Positions 26,972 to 40,000 of a DNA stretch of 64,000 nt are shown piece after piece. The stretch is from Azolla caroliniana (lineage: Eukaryota; Plantae; Polypodiophyta): contig JBHGNT010000008.1 in assembly GCA_043228905.1 (NCBI GenBank), positions 11,346,001-11,410,000 on the forward strand, given 5' to 3'. A program made the translations under genes and the position numbers. Below the pieces are notes generated by a model. The model worked only from the letters and a program-made list of their open reading frames with translations, did no database searches and was not told the origin of the DNA. Each line of letters opens with the position of its first letter. The stretch's first letter is position 1.

Positions 26972-29900
26972 ACGCCAAGGTGATCGTCCAGCCTCCGCAT
27001 ACGCTGCAGATTTACGCCTACTCATTGCCGATATCCCTTGGGATGATCAAGCATTGATGGAGCAATTTCGTTATAGTTTATGCAACAATGTCAAGGATTT
27101 ACTATTGACCTTCCCCGAAGAAGCAAAATAATTAACCGAAGCAATCAGTCGCGCGATCAGATGCGACAACCGCCTTTTCGAATGACTTTCGGAACGGCAA
27201 TTCCAGATGTCGAGGGCAAGATCAGAGCCCACCTATGCCTTAATGGTAGCGAAACATTTTTTGAGGGAGTCATATAATGTGTCTCGAGTTAATACTCCGA
27301 CTGGGATGGAGATTGACACTACACGTCATCGTGGACTATTATCGGAAGAAGAAAAGTAGCGATGTCGAGCAAATCGGCGATGTCTTTATTGCGGTGGACC
27401 AGGGCATATTGCAGTAAATTGTCCCCATAGGCCAAGAAGACAGGTAAACTAAATAGTTGTTAGTTCTAATTGTACAAAACCTGAGTCTATTTTAGTAGGA
27501 ATATCTGATAGTCCTAATAGTACTAATAGCCCAAATCTAGCGAACAAATTTGATGTCCTTAGTCAATTAGAAGAAGAGTTAAACGACTAAGTCCAGCCGA
27601 AATAGGAGCCGTTTGACTGGACAACCCTAGATCTGTGCAGCCCATTAGTGGTTCCATTCCCTCTAAGCAAGTTAGCAATGTGTTCGTAGCCCAAGTAACA
27701 GTTGGTACTAAAAGTACCCCTCTAGTACATGTCTTTACTCTTCTAGATTCCGAAGCTAATTCTTGCTTCATGGATAGGAATTTTGCCCAAGCTCATCAGA
27801 TATCTCTCAGAAAACTCCTGTGTCCAAGCTCTTTAGTAGTCATTGATGGTCGTCCCATTGCTTCCGAAAATATCATAGAAGAGTGAGAGCCCGTTAATAT
27901 TGTCCTAGATAATCTAGTGTGTGTAGTATCATTTAATATAATTAGTATCCTAGAACATCCCATTGTTTTAGGATTACCATGGTTCGAATTACATAACCCA
28001 GACATAAATTGGAGAACAAGAAAAATCCGGTATCGACAAACCCGAGGATCTACTCATAAGATTGCAACCATTTCGCTACATCAGTTGCGGGAAGAAGGAA
28101 GGAAGGAAGTATCATGATTATGCCGATGTGTTCAATAAAGTACAAGCCAATACACTTCCTCACCATCGACCGTATGATTGCCCCATCGATTTACAATTCG
28201 GAAAAGAGCCAGCCAGCATGGGGACCGATCTACAATTTGTCACCAAGCGAGCTAGAAGTCCTTCGAACCTATATATAGAGGAGAATTTGGAAAATGGTTT
28301 CATTCGACATTCGACATTCAAACCCATTTTCTTTGTCAAGAAAAAGGATGGATCACTTTGTCTCGTTGTAGATTACCGTGGCTTGAATAAGGTCACCATC
28401 AGAAATAGGTATGCACTTCCCCTTATCTCAAACCTTTTAGAACAGATCAATGGTGCAAGGTTCTTCATGAAGATCAACTTACGGGGAGCATATAACCTCG
28501 TACAGATCCGACCACATTTCGCACTAGATATGGGCACTTTGAGTATACGGTCATGTCGTTCGGCCTCACTAATACGCCATCAGTCTTCTAGCACATGGAA
28601 AATGATATATTCCGAGATCTCTTGGATGTTTGTTTGATAATATATTTGGATGATCTACTGGTTTATTCGAAGACCCAAGAAGAGCATGATTCTCATGTAT
28701 TGTTAGTACTAAAACGACTTCGAGAACATGGTCTTTATGCAAAGCTAGAAAAATGTAGTTTCGGGTGCAACCAGGTGGAATTTTTGGGCTATGTCATCTC
28801 CTTGGAAGGCATTTGCATGGATCCAACTAAGGTCAAAACGGTGGTAGAGTGGCAAACTCTACATTCATTGCGAAATGTGCAATACTTTTTAGGCTTTGCC
28901 AATTTCTACCGCAAGTTTATACAGGATTACTCAAAGCTTGTTCTGCCTCTCACACAACTTACTAAGAAGGGACAATCGTTTGTTTGGTCTGAAGAAGCGG
29001 ACGTGGCTTTTAAGAATCTTACAAAGGCATTTACATCGGCTCCTATTCTAGCTCACGTTGATCCGGAAAAACCATTCATCATGGAACCAGACGCGTCAAA
29101 TTTCGTATTGGGTAGCATTCTGTCACAACAAGGTAATGATGAAAAGCTACATCTTGTGGCTTTCCACTCACGCAAGTTTGACGTCGTCGAAATCAACTAT
29201 GAAATTCATGACAAGGAGCTATTAGCAATAGTGGACTCTTTTGCGCAATGGAGGCCTTTCCTAGAGGGATCCTCTCATCAAGTCACCGTATTCAGTGATC
29301 ACAAAAACCTTGCCTACTTTTAGAGTGCTCGTGTGTTAAATCGATGTCAAGTTCAGTGGGCCCAATTCCTCACGCGTTTTGACTTCAAAATTACATATCG
29401 TCCGGGGAAGCACCAAGGGAAGGCAGATGCATTATCACGGCATTCGTATCTAGCACCACGTCCCGATGAGCCAACTTTCGATAACCAAAACCAAGTAATC
29501 TTGGAATCGGCACGACTGCAAGCAACACAGGTATTCCGCATGCCCTTGGATTCCCACGTTATCGATACCCTACGTGAGGACTTGAAGACAAATGTTTTTG
29601 CCCAAGCCATTCTAGCACAAATTGATCCCTCTCGAGCATCTTGTTCACAATCGCAACAACCAGGTACAGACTATCGACAATTTGAATGTCATGATGGATT
29701 ACTATTGTTTAAGAAACTCTTGTATGTTCCTAATGGGACTTGCCACCTTCCAGTCATCCAAAACTGTCATGACACATATAGCTCGACATTTTGGTAGTAC
29801 TAAGACATTAGATTTAGTACAACGATCATTTTGGTGGCCCTGTATGCGACAATTTGTCAAAGATTATGTTCGAACTTGTGATACATGTTGCAAAGCAAAA

Positions 29901-30010
29901 ATGCCAAGGCATCATCCATATGGTTTATTAGAACCATTACGAATTCCAAGCAAGCCGTGGCAATCCATTGCTCTAGATTTCATCATAGATCTTTCAGTCT
30001 CTAAGGGATT
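26972..30010 (+). pseudogene. pol: Element 1 gag C-terminus and pol (PR, RT, RH, INT start)
   Basis: [57 protein letters not shown]. Confidence 0.92.
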
Positions 30011-33000
30011 TGTAAAGAATAGCGTGCGGAAGCAGGTATGAAGACAGAATAGAGGAAGGAAACTCAGGTTCAATGGAGAGCTTCGGCTTACACGGTATAT
30101 GCGGAAGAGACAGAGAGAGAAACACAGAAACAACTCTATTCAATAATAATACTCAGTCTGTACATAAGACGTGCTCAGTGAACACTTTTATACAAGTCCT
30201 GGAAGGACTGACCGAAGTACTGACAGTACTTCAATGCTCATTAAGAGCTCCTACACTAACTCCCAATATATATTCCTCACGGAATATCTTTCCTAATGAC
30301 CTCCCGGTTTACGCACTCGGCCTAACCGATCAGTCCCAGCCGATCCGGTCCTCGGCTTCTTTAGCCGATCTGGCCGATGTTGAGCTTATCTCTCAACACT
30401 CCCCCTCAAGCTCAACTCGGGGCTCTTCGGGATCCTCGGGCTCACGTCTTCGGTTCCTCTTGGCTTCACGCCTCGCTCGCGCTCCTCAACCTGTTCGACT
30501 CCGCGCGCTTCGACCCTTCCGGTCGGCTTGTCTGCTCATGTGGCCCTTATCAGCTCTTCTACTGTTGCGGTGTTGACGCTTCTCCTGCTACCTTTTCTTC
30601 CGCTTAGGCCTCGGTTGATTCAGCGTGTCTGAATCAAACATCCGAACCGACTCGGCTACCTCCGATCGGTTTTCACTCTCGTCCGAGTTGGCTGTCTCCA
30701 ACTCTTCTTCGGTCTTCTCGCCCTCGATGGCGTCATCTCCCCTACGCGTGGTTGGCTTCGGCTCTCTCCTTCGGCTGCTCCCCTTCTGTCCGCTTCCGAA
30801 CTTTTCCGCGGGTCCGCCCTCGGCTTCTTCAGCCGATCCGAAGTCGAACTTGTCAACCGACTCGGTGTCGCGGTCTCCGCTCCTTTCCTATTGCCTTGCT
30901 TGGTCGTTCGGGATTGTTCTCCCCCTCAAGTTTGGCACGTCAAGGTGACGCAATCCGAGCGCACCTGAGAATTGCCGCAACTTGTCCAGACCAAGAGGCT
31001 TGGTGAAGATGTCGGCAGCCTGCCGATCCGTCAGAACGTACTGAAGTTCGACTTCACCGGAAAGGACACGCTCACGGACGAAATGGTAGTGCACCTCAAT
31101 GTGCTTGGTCCGTGCATGGAAGACGGGGTTCTTCGCAAGTTGGATGCTACTGAGGTTGTTGCAGTAGATCGTCGTTGGATCGGAGACCTCCTCTTGTAGG
31201 TCCTTAAGTAGCCACTTCAACCATATGGCTTCGCATGTCGCGACAACCGCTCCTTGGTACTCCGCTTCGGTGCTCGACAGTGCAACTGTCGGCTACTTCT
31301 TACTGCTCCACGTGATCGCGGCACTCCCGAGGGAGAACGCGTATCCAGACGTGGATCAGCGATCGGCGGCGTTGCCAGCCCAATCAGCATCGGTGTAGCC
31401 AACTAGTTGCACGGCTGCACCGGTCCGATATAGCAGTCCTCGGTCCTTAGTGCCACTTATGTACCGCAGTACGCGTTGCGCACATTGAAGGTGCTCCTCG
31501 GTAGGTCGCGCCATGAACTGACTGATCACCCCGACCGGGTAACTGAGGTCGGGTCGGGTGATGGTCAAGTATATGAGGCTTCCGACAATTTGTTGGAACC
31601 TCATCGGGTCCCATACCTTTCCCGTATCGGGACGAAGCTTGACGGTTCTGTCCAGAGGAGTCGAGACGGTCTTACAGTCGGCCATCCCGAATTTGAAGAG
31701 CATACTCAGCACGTAGTGATGTTGGCTGATCAATATGCCTTCGGGGGTACGGATCAATTCGATCTCGAGGAAGTAATGAAGGTCCCCCAGATCCTTCATG
31801 TCGAACGATGCCGCAAGCTGGAGCTTCACGCGGTCGATTTCACTTAGGTCGGCGCCGGTGATGACCAAGTCATCAACATATAGTAAAATACTAACCGGTC
31901 CAAGTCGACCTTTCCGGATGAATAGGGAAGAGTCCGGTTTTGATGTGACGAAACCCATCTGACGCAGTTGTTGCGTGATCTTCGCGTTCCAGGCACGCGG
32001 GGCTTGCTTCAGTCCGTAAAGGGACTTCTTCAATCGACAGACTGCCGAGGAGTTCGTTCCGGAGTGAAATCCGGGGGGCTATACCATGTACACCTGTTCC
32101 TCAAGGTCACCTTGCAGGAATGCATTCTTTACATCCATCTTATGTAAGTGCCACCCCTTGGCCACGGCTACTGCGAGCAAAACACGGACGGTCGTCATTT
32201 TCGCGACTGGCGCAAACGTCTCATCGTAGTCGATGCCGTGTTTTTGCGCGTAGCCCTTTGGCACTAGCCGAGCCTTGTACCTGTTGACCGAGCCATCGGT
32301 GTTGTACTTGACCTTGTACACCCACCTACACCCGATCGGTTTTACCCCTCTCGGTGCGTCAACCAGGTCCCAGGTCTTGTTTTCCGCCAATGCGTGCATC
32401 TCTTCCTCCATCGCGGCACGCCAATTCGCGTCCTTCGCCGTTTCTGCGTAGCCCTCTGGCTCACGCACTTCCGCTACACGGGTCATGTACGCATAATGAT
32501 GCGCCATGTACTCGTTGTATCCAAACCGCAAAACAGGATTCTTCTGGCAGGTAGATCGGCGTAATCTCACATCAGCCGATGTCGAGGCCTTCTCGGTCGA
32601 CGCGGTCTTCATCTTTAAAGACCTGTCACCGGCTCCCTCGGAGTCGGACTCGCGTCGGTCTGACTCGTTCCTTTCCGTGCCGGAATCCAACACCTTCTTC
32701 TTCCCTTTCTCTTTGCGCGTAAGCCGTCTCCTCGGCTTCCTGCGCGGGGAATGCACGGCCGAGTCTCCACTACTCGCCGACTCTTCGTCGGACTGGTCAT
32801 ACCGACTCAGTTGTCCAATTGGTCCACTTAACTGGAGTGAAATTGGACTCTCTTCGCGGGTCTCGATTTCGGGCTCATCCGGAGGCATCTCGGCCTCGCT
32901 GACCTCATCGTAAGAGCTCGGATTGGAGTCGGGGGTTCGAGTCGGGGACAGGTACCAGGACGCGGACTCGTCAAACACAACGTCGCGACTGACACGCGCT

Positions 33001-35678
33001 TGTTTGGAGCGAGGGTTATAGCACTTATAACCCTTCTGCTCGTCCGAGTAACCGACCAAGATGCATTTCTCGGCCTTTGTGTCCAACTTCCTCCTTTTCT
33101 CCTTCAGTATATGCACATACGCAATGCTACCGAACACCCTCAAGTGTCGCAAGTTCGGCTTCGTTCCGAAATATAGCTCGTGCGCCGACACTTTGTCTCC
33201 GATCCGGTTCTGGATGTATACCACGGTCCTTACCGCCTCGGCCCAGTAGAACTTGGGCAAGCTCTTCTCCTCCAACATTGCCCGTGCCGCTTCTACAATC
33301 GACCGATTCTTCCTCTCGGCCACGCCGTTCTGCTCCGGCGTGTATCTATAACTGAATTCGCGCCGAATTCCCATTTGTTGTAGATAACCGTTGAATTGAC
33401 CGGAAAAGTACTCTTTCCCGCCATCCGATCGCAGGAACTTGATCTTTCGTCCCGTTTCCATTTCCACGAACCCTTTGAGGTCCCGGAAACAGTCGAAGAC
33501 TTCGCTCTTCCTCTCAATGAGGTAGATCCACGTGTGCTGCGTGTGGTCGTCGATGAAGGAGACGAAATATCGGCTCCCGCCAAGGCTGACGTTTTGTGCC
33601 GGCTCCCACACATCCGAGTGTATAAGGTCGAGCTTGTTCTGGCTCCGGTTTCTCTCGTTGGGGAAAGGAAGTCAGTGTTGCTTCCCGAGCTGGCAGGTTT
33701 CACAAATTTGTGCCTTTCGGCCACTAAACTTGGGCAATCCGAACACTACCTGTTTCGATTGCAGATCTTGAAGCCGTTGGTAGTTGATGTGGCCTATCCG
33801 CTTGTGCCACAAGTCGATGTCCGACTCGGCTTTTTGTCTCTTTGCGAACATTGCGGTGCCGCCGTCAGTGGAATCGAGGATGAACATCCTCCCGTCTCTG
33901 CGCCCTTGCGCAATCACACGGCCTTCTTCCTCAATGAAGCACCCGAGGTGTGTAAACCGAACCTCCATCCCTTGGTCGACGATCTGTCCGACCGAGACCA
34001 AGTTCTTCGTGATTGTCGGAACGTGTAGCACGTTCATGAGTTTCCCTTTCGGCCCGACATGGCTAAGGGGAACTTCTCTGACATTCGCGATCGGATGCGG
34101 AGTGTCGTCTCCTGTTGCGACTACTCCAGATTGTATCGGTTTTTCAAGGTACGAGAACCACTCCTTATGGCTCGTCATGTGGTTTGACACGCCGAAGTCT
34201 ACGTACCACACCTCGTCCGATCTCGGGGTGCTCTGTTTCATTGAGTTTGCTTCGTGTCTCGTCACGAAGGCAGTCCCTTCTCCGGCTCTCCCTGAGTCTT
34301 CGGCGTAGTGCGATCGCTGCCAATTTCCCTTGTCGGTATGTCTGGAGCCGTTCCCGGAACCAGTTTTCTCCGAATCGGCGCGCTTCTTCCAGCACTCACT
34401 TTCCCTGTGGCCTTTCTTGCCACAGTACCAACACTCCGCGATGGACTTCCCTTGCCGGTTCTCATCACTTCGACTCCCCCAGTTTCCGGAGTGTCCGGAG
34501 TTGCTGTCGGCATCACTTCGGTGCCTTCTTTCTTGATCTCATCGGCCGCCTTCATTGCGCCCCAACTCGCCTCGTCCTCCACGTCCACGAGGCCTATCTC
34601 CCTCCGTGTACAACATTCTGCTGTCAGCGTGCGTGCTTGTAGACGCACCCGCGTGGTTCTCCTCTACCAGGAGCATCGACTGTAAGTCGAAAAATGACGG
34701 CGTATTCTCCCGGGTACAGACAACCGTTCGGAATGCTCCGAACTTCGACACCAAACCTCCGAGACAGATCTGGACCATCTCGCTCTCCTCGATGTTCACC
34801 TCTATGGAGGCGAGGGAGTCACAGATATCCTTCATCTTCGAGGTATAGTCCGCCACCGACAAATCACGTTGTCGTAGGTTGCTCAACTCCTGTCGGAGCT
34901 GAAGCTTTCTGGCTGTGGTGCTCGCGGCGAAAATCTTTTTCAGATTTTCCCACGCACCCTTCGGCGTCTTTGCATCCCGAACGTAGCTTAATAGTTGTTC
35001 GCCTACACACGATGCGAAGCAGTACAATACCCTGCTCGCCGATTGCTCCCACAACGGGAAGTCTCTGTGTGTCGATTGGGGTGCCGCGTCATTAGCTCCT
35101 TCGACATAACTCCAGTACCCGTGCCCGAGCAGGTATTGGTGCATCTTGTAGGACCAAGACGCATAGTTGATTCTGTCGAGCTTCTCTGTTGGAGGCGAGC
35201 TCGCCATGCCTCTATCCATCGTTCTTCTTGTTCTTCTTCGTTAAGTTGTGTCGGCTGCAGAGAGGTTCTCAACCCTCGCGCTCTGATACCATGTAAAGAA
35301 TAGCGTGCGGAAGCAGGTATGAAGACAGAACAAAGGAAGGAAACTCAAGTCCAATGGAGAGCTTCGGCTTACACGGTATACGCGGGAGAGACAGAGAGAG
35401 AAACACAGAAACAACTCTATTCAATAATAATACTCAGTCTGTACATAAGACGTACTCAATGAACACTTTTATACAAGTCCTGGAAGGACTGACCGAAGTA
35501 CTGACAGTACTTCAATGCTCATTAAGAGCTCCTACACTAACTCCCAAATATATTCCTCACGGAATATCTTTCCTAACGACCTCCCGGTTTACGCACTCGG
35601 CCTAACCGATCGGTCCCAGCCGATCCGGTCCTCGGCTTCTTCAGCCGATCTGGCCGATGTTGAGCTTGTCTCTCAATA
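30011..35678 (-). mobile_element. Full-length Ty1/Copia (Bryco-like, possibly RLC5 type; lineage is inference)
   Basis: LTRs 30011-30398 and 35292-35678. TSD ggatt/ggatt. PBS gctctgatacca 35280-35291. PPT 30399-30410. Confidence 0.96.
30888..35219 (-). pseudogene. Copia gag-pol with several stops and frameshifts
   Basis: [62 protein letters not shown]. Confidence 0.95.
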
Positions 35679-36630
35679 GGATTCAATGCAATTTTAATAG
35701 TAGTAGATCGATATATGAAGATGGCTCATTTCCTGCCTTGTACTAAGGAAATCTCCAGTGAAGAAACTGCCGAAATTGTCATGCGTGAAGTATGTTAGCA
35801 TCATGGCCTTCCTGATAATAAATATCATCAGCGATTGTGGACCCCAGTTCGTCTCGAAATTTTGGAAGCACCTATTTAAAATGCTCAAGGTCACTTGTAA
35901 CCTCTCCTCCGGCTACCACCCGCAAACCGACGGCCAAGTAGAACGAACAAATCAAACGTTGGAGTAGTATCTTTGGTGCTTGCTAAGCTATCATCAGGAT
36001 GACTAGGAAGATATTCTCCACTTCGCCAAATTTTCCTATAATAACTCTGTTCACTCATCAACCAAAGCTACTCCATTTTAAGCTTATATGGGTTGCCACC
36101 CCCGGTGGTGTATATTTGAAACCCTAGAGTTACCCACAAATCCTTGCGCAGAGGATCGTTTGGAGCGGTTACGCAAGATACAAGCAGATTTATCTACTCA
36201 TCTACAACAAGCACAACAAGCTCAACAAACACACAAGGTTTATGCGGATCGTCATCAGCTTCCATCTAGTTTTAACATTGGAGATCAGGTATGGCTACTA
36301 CGACGTCACATCAAGAAAGAAGTTAGATTATCGACGATTAGGTCCTTTCCTTATTATCGGAAAGATTAATGATGTCGCTTTTCATCTCGATCTACCCCTG
36401 CAACTTCGCATACATTCGGTGTTTCATAGTTCTTTCCTCGAACCCTATCAAGACGGCACCAACCGAGGACGCATTCCACAACCTCCACCCCGGATCGAAC
36501 TTGAAGATGGACCTGAGTACGAGGTTGCCACCATCCTCGATTCCAAGATTGTTCGCAAGAAGCTCTACTATTTAGTCAATTAGCTAGGATATAGTCCCAA
36601 CAAACATACTTGGGAACCAATAGAGAATGT
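35679..36630 (+). pseudogene. pol: Element 1 integrase core and chromodomain (ends 42054-42150)
   Basis: [54 protein letters not shown]. Confidence 0.9.
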
Positions 36631-36981
36631 TGTTGGGATTTCGGTCCCTCCGGATGGGATGTCCGGAGATGAATGACGGCAAGCCCGGTTGCGGTTACGG
36701 AACCGGAGGATGAAGAGTACCCGGCATGAAGCCGGATGAAGAGTACCCCGGCTACGGAGCCGGATGATGAAGACCCCGGTTACGGAGCCGGATGACGAAT
36801 GTACCCGGAGAGAGATCCGGATGCGGGGACATATTTGTGAATATGTCTGCCAAGGGCCCTTGAGGCTATATTTGTAAATAGCCCGAAAGTCATATGTGTA
36901 TAAATATGACTTAGGGCAATTAGCTCAAGTTGTTACTCTTCTTTTCTGTTTTTCTACTTAGAGGGAGCTAAGCGAGCAGCA

Positions 36982-37032
<51 letters not shown>

Positions 37033-40000
37033 GAAGAGGTCGTTGCCTCTGTGTATTACCGCCGTCTGTGGCGAAGACAATGAGCTCAAGGTTGTTGCCT
37101 TGTAGCTTCACCATTGTACATCTCTGTGTATAGTGATCGTTGGAGTTTGAGGACTCCCGTGGTTTTTCCCCCTTTAGGGTTTTCCACGTAAAATATCCTG
37201 TGTACTCTTCTCTCTAGTGTCTTCGTGCATTTTGTATTTCCTGTTTTCTGTGAGTTAATCCTATTCCTCGGTTGTGGCCGAGCACTGTGTTTAACAAACT
37301 GGTATCAGAGCGACGGCAACACAGAAAATGGAAGGCGGCGGTAGTGGGCCTCCGGGCATGATGGTGTTGAACTCACAGAACTACGCCGACTGGAAGATAA
37401 AGATGGAAGACCTTCTCATCGTCCGAGACCTGTACGAACCGATCGACAATGCTGAGATACCCAAGGGGGTAATAGAGTCGGAGTGGAAGCTCCTGAACCG
37501 GAAAGCCGTAGCGACGATCCGGCAATATGTCAATGTAAGTGTTCTGCAACATGTAGCGAACGACACCAACGCATATGAGATGTGGCGGAAGCTGTCGGGC
37601 CTCTACGAGAGGAAGAATGCGTTGAACCGGACCTCCCTGATGAGGAAGATCGTGAACCTCAAGTACCGGGACGGCGAGAGTATGGTGGAACACGTAAGCA
37701 CGTTCATGGGATTCGTGAACCAGCTTGCGGCGATCAAGTTCCCGTTGGAGGATGCAATGCAAGCCATGATCCTGATGTGTACATTGCCGGAAAGCTGGGA
37801 GAACTTGGTGGTGACTCTCAGCACCTCCTGCACCGAAGATAACTTGTCCCTACAAACGGTAAAGACAAGCATTTTGAACGAAGAGATAAAGAACCGGCCT
37901 CCGATCCGAAGATGCTGCTTACCGAATCGGATCGGGGAAGACAACGGAACCGGAGTCCGCAAAGACGGGAGAAGTCGGGGACCCGGTCGCAGTCAAGAGG
38001 GAGGCCCACATGCTTCCACTGTGGGAAGCCGGGGCACTTCCGAAAGAATTGTCGGCACTACCGAAAAGACAACGGAGCCGACGACACCGATTCGAAGAAG
38101 TCTTCGGAACGGAACGGTGCTTACCGTGGAGCCACGGACCGGAACGGTTCGGATCGGCGAGGGCAGGACCGGAAAGGAACGACGGCACTCGCGGCAAGTG
38201 AAGAGGAGATCATGCTCATTACCGAAGAGAGGGAGCTGAACCTTGCCAGTGAAGAGATGACCTGGGTGGTCGATTCCGGAGCGTCGTTCCACCTGACCCC
38301 GGAAAGAAGATACTTCTCATCCTACACAGCCGGTGAGCATGGCTGTGTTTGGATGGGAAATGAAGGTACATGCCGGATTGCCGGCATAGGAGACGTGTGG
38401 CTGATGACATCAACCGGATGCAAGATGCTGCTGAAGGATGTTCGACATGTTCCGGAGGTTCGATTGAACCTGATTTCGGCCGGGAGGCTAGACGATGAAG
38501 GCTACACGGGTAGCATCCGGAACGGTGTCATGAAGTTCAGCAAAGGGAGCCTGATAGTGGCTCGGGCCCGGAAGGTCAACACACTGTACCTGATGAATTC
38601 CCGGCTATGTCCGGAGGAGCTGAACGTGGCAGCTGACACTGCCGGTGAGCTGTGGCACAAGAGACTATGCCACATGAGCGAGAAGGGGATGAAGAGGCTT
38701 GCCGAAGACAACCTTATTCCAGTGAAGCATGTGCACCTGGAGAAGTGCACCGATTGCCTGACCGGTAAGCAGAACCGAACCTCCTTCCACTCAAGGCCAC
38801 CGACGAGACGTAGCGCACCATTGGAGTTGGTGCACACTGACGTGTGTCAAGTAGAAACGAAGTCACATGGCGGAGCCCAGTACTTCGTGACATTCATTGA
38901 TGACCACAGCCGGAAGCTGTGGACGGCACCGTTGAAGACAAAGGACCAAGTATTGTCCGTCTTCAAAGAACTCCACGCGAGAGTGGAAAGAGAATCCGGC
39001 AAGAAGCTGAAAGCGATACGAGCGGATAACGGAGGGGAATACCGGGGGCAGTTCAAGGAGTTTTGTCGCTCGAAGGGAATCCGGCTCGAGTTTACTGTGC
39101 CGAAGACGCCGGAACTGAACGAGCTGGCCGAGAGGATGAACCGGACCATAATGGAGAGGGTCCGGAGTATGCTGGCGCATGCGAAATTACCCAAGGGGTT
39201 TTGGGCTGAGGCAATGTCGACGGCGACATACGTGATAAACAGATCACCCTCAGTACCTTTGGACGGAGACACGCCGCAGAAAGTGTGGACCGGTAGGGAA
39301 GTATCCTACCGGCATCTGAAGGTGTTCGGGTGTCTCGCATATGTGCATGTGGCAAAGGACCGGAGAGGAAAGCTAGATCCAAAGACCCGGCCATGCATAT
39401 TCCTCGGTTACGGCGATGACGAGTTCGGCTACCGAGTATGGGACCCGGTCGACAAAAAGATATTTCGGAGTCGTGATATCATCTTCATGGAGGACAAAAC
39501 ACTCGCCGACTGGGAGTCGGAGAAGAAGATGAAGAGCTCCAGGTCGACTGGTGAGGATCAACTCTACGAGGAGCAGTCCCGACCGGCAAGGGACCGGTTG
39601 GCACTCGAGGATCCGGCCGAAGACGGTGAAGAAACAGAACCGGCCGAGGAAGATGAAACTGATACCGGAACTGGCCCCGATCCCGAAATGGATTCGGATG
39701 AAGAGGAAACGGAGGAGCCGGTTACCGAAGCTCCGGAACGGAGATATCCTCTAAGAGAGAGAAGGGCCCCCCGGAGATTTCCGGAACCAGAGCACGTGTT
39801 GCTAACCGACGAGGGGGAGCCGGAGAGTTTTGAAGAAGCAAAGCTTGACACCCATAGCCGCAGGTGGTTAAGTGCCATGCAGGAGGAGATGGATTCCCTG
39901 CATGAGAACCACACATATGAACTTGTGGAGCTGCCGAAAGGAAAGCGGGCACTTCGAAACAAGTGGGTGTTCAAGCTGAAACCGGGAGATGCCGGAAACC

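Noticed and set aside
27444-27605. Intron removing the gag stop (CAG|GTAAAC...TAG)
   Set aside because: The spliced product is out of frame with the protease. The -1 frameshift fits both copies.
30073-30576. ORFs in LTRs and many antisense ORFs over GC-rich pol regions
   Set aside because: Shadow ORFs with no recognisable motifs.
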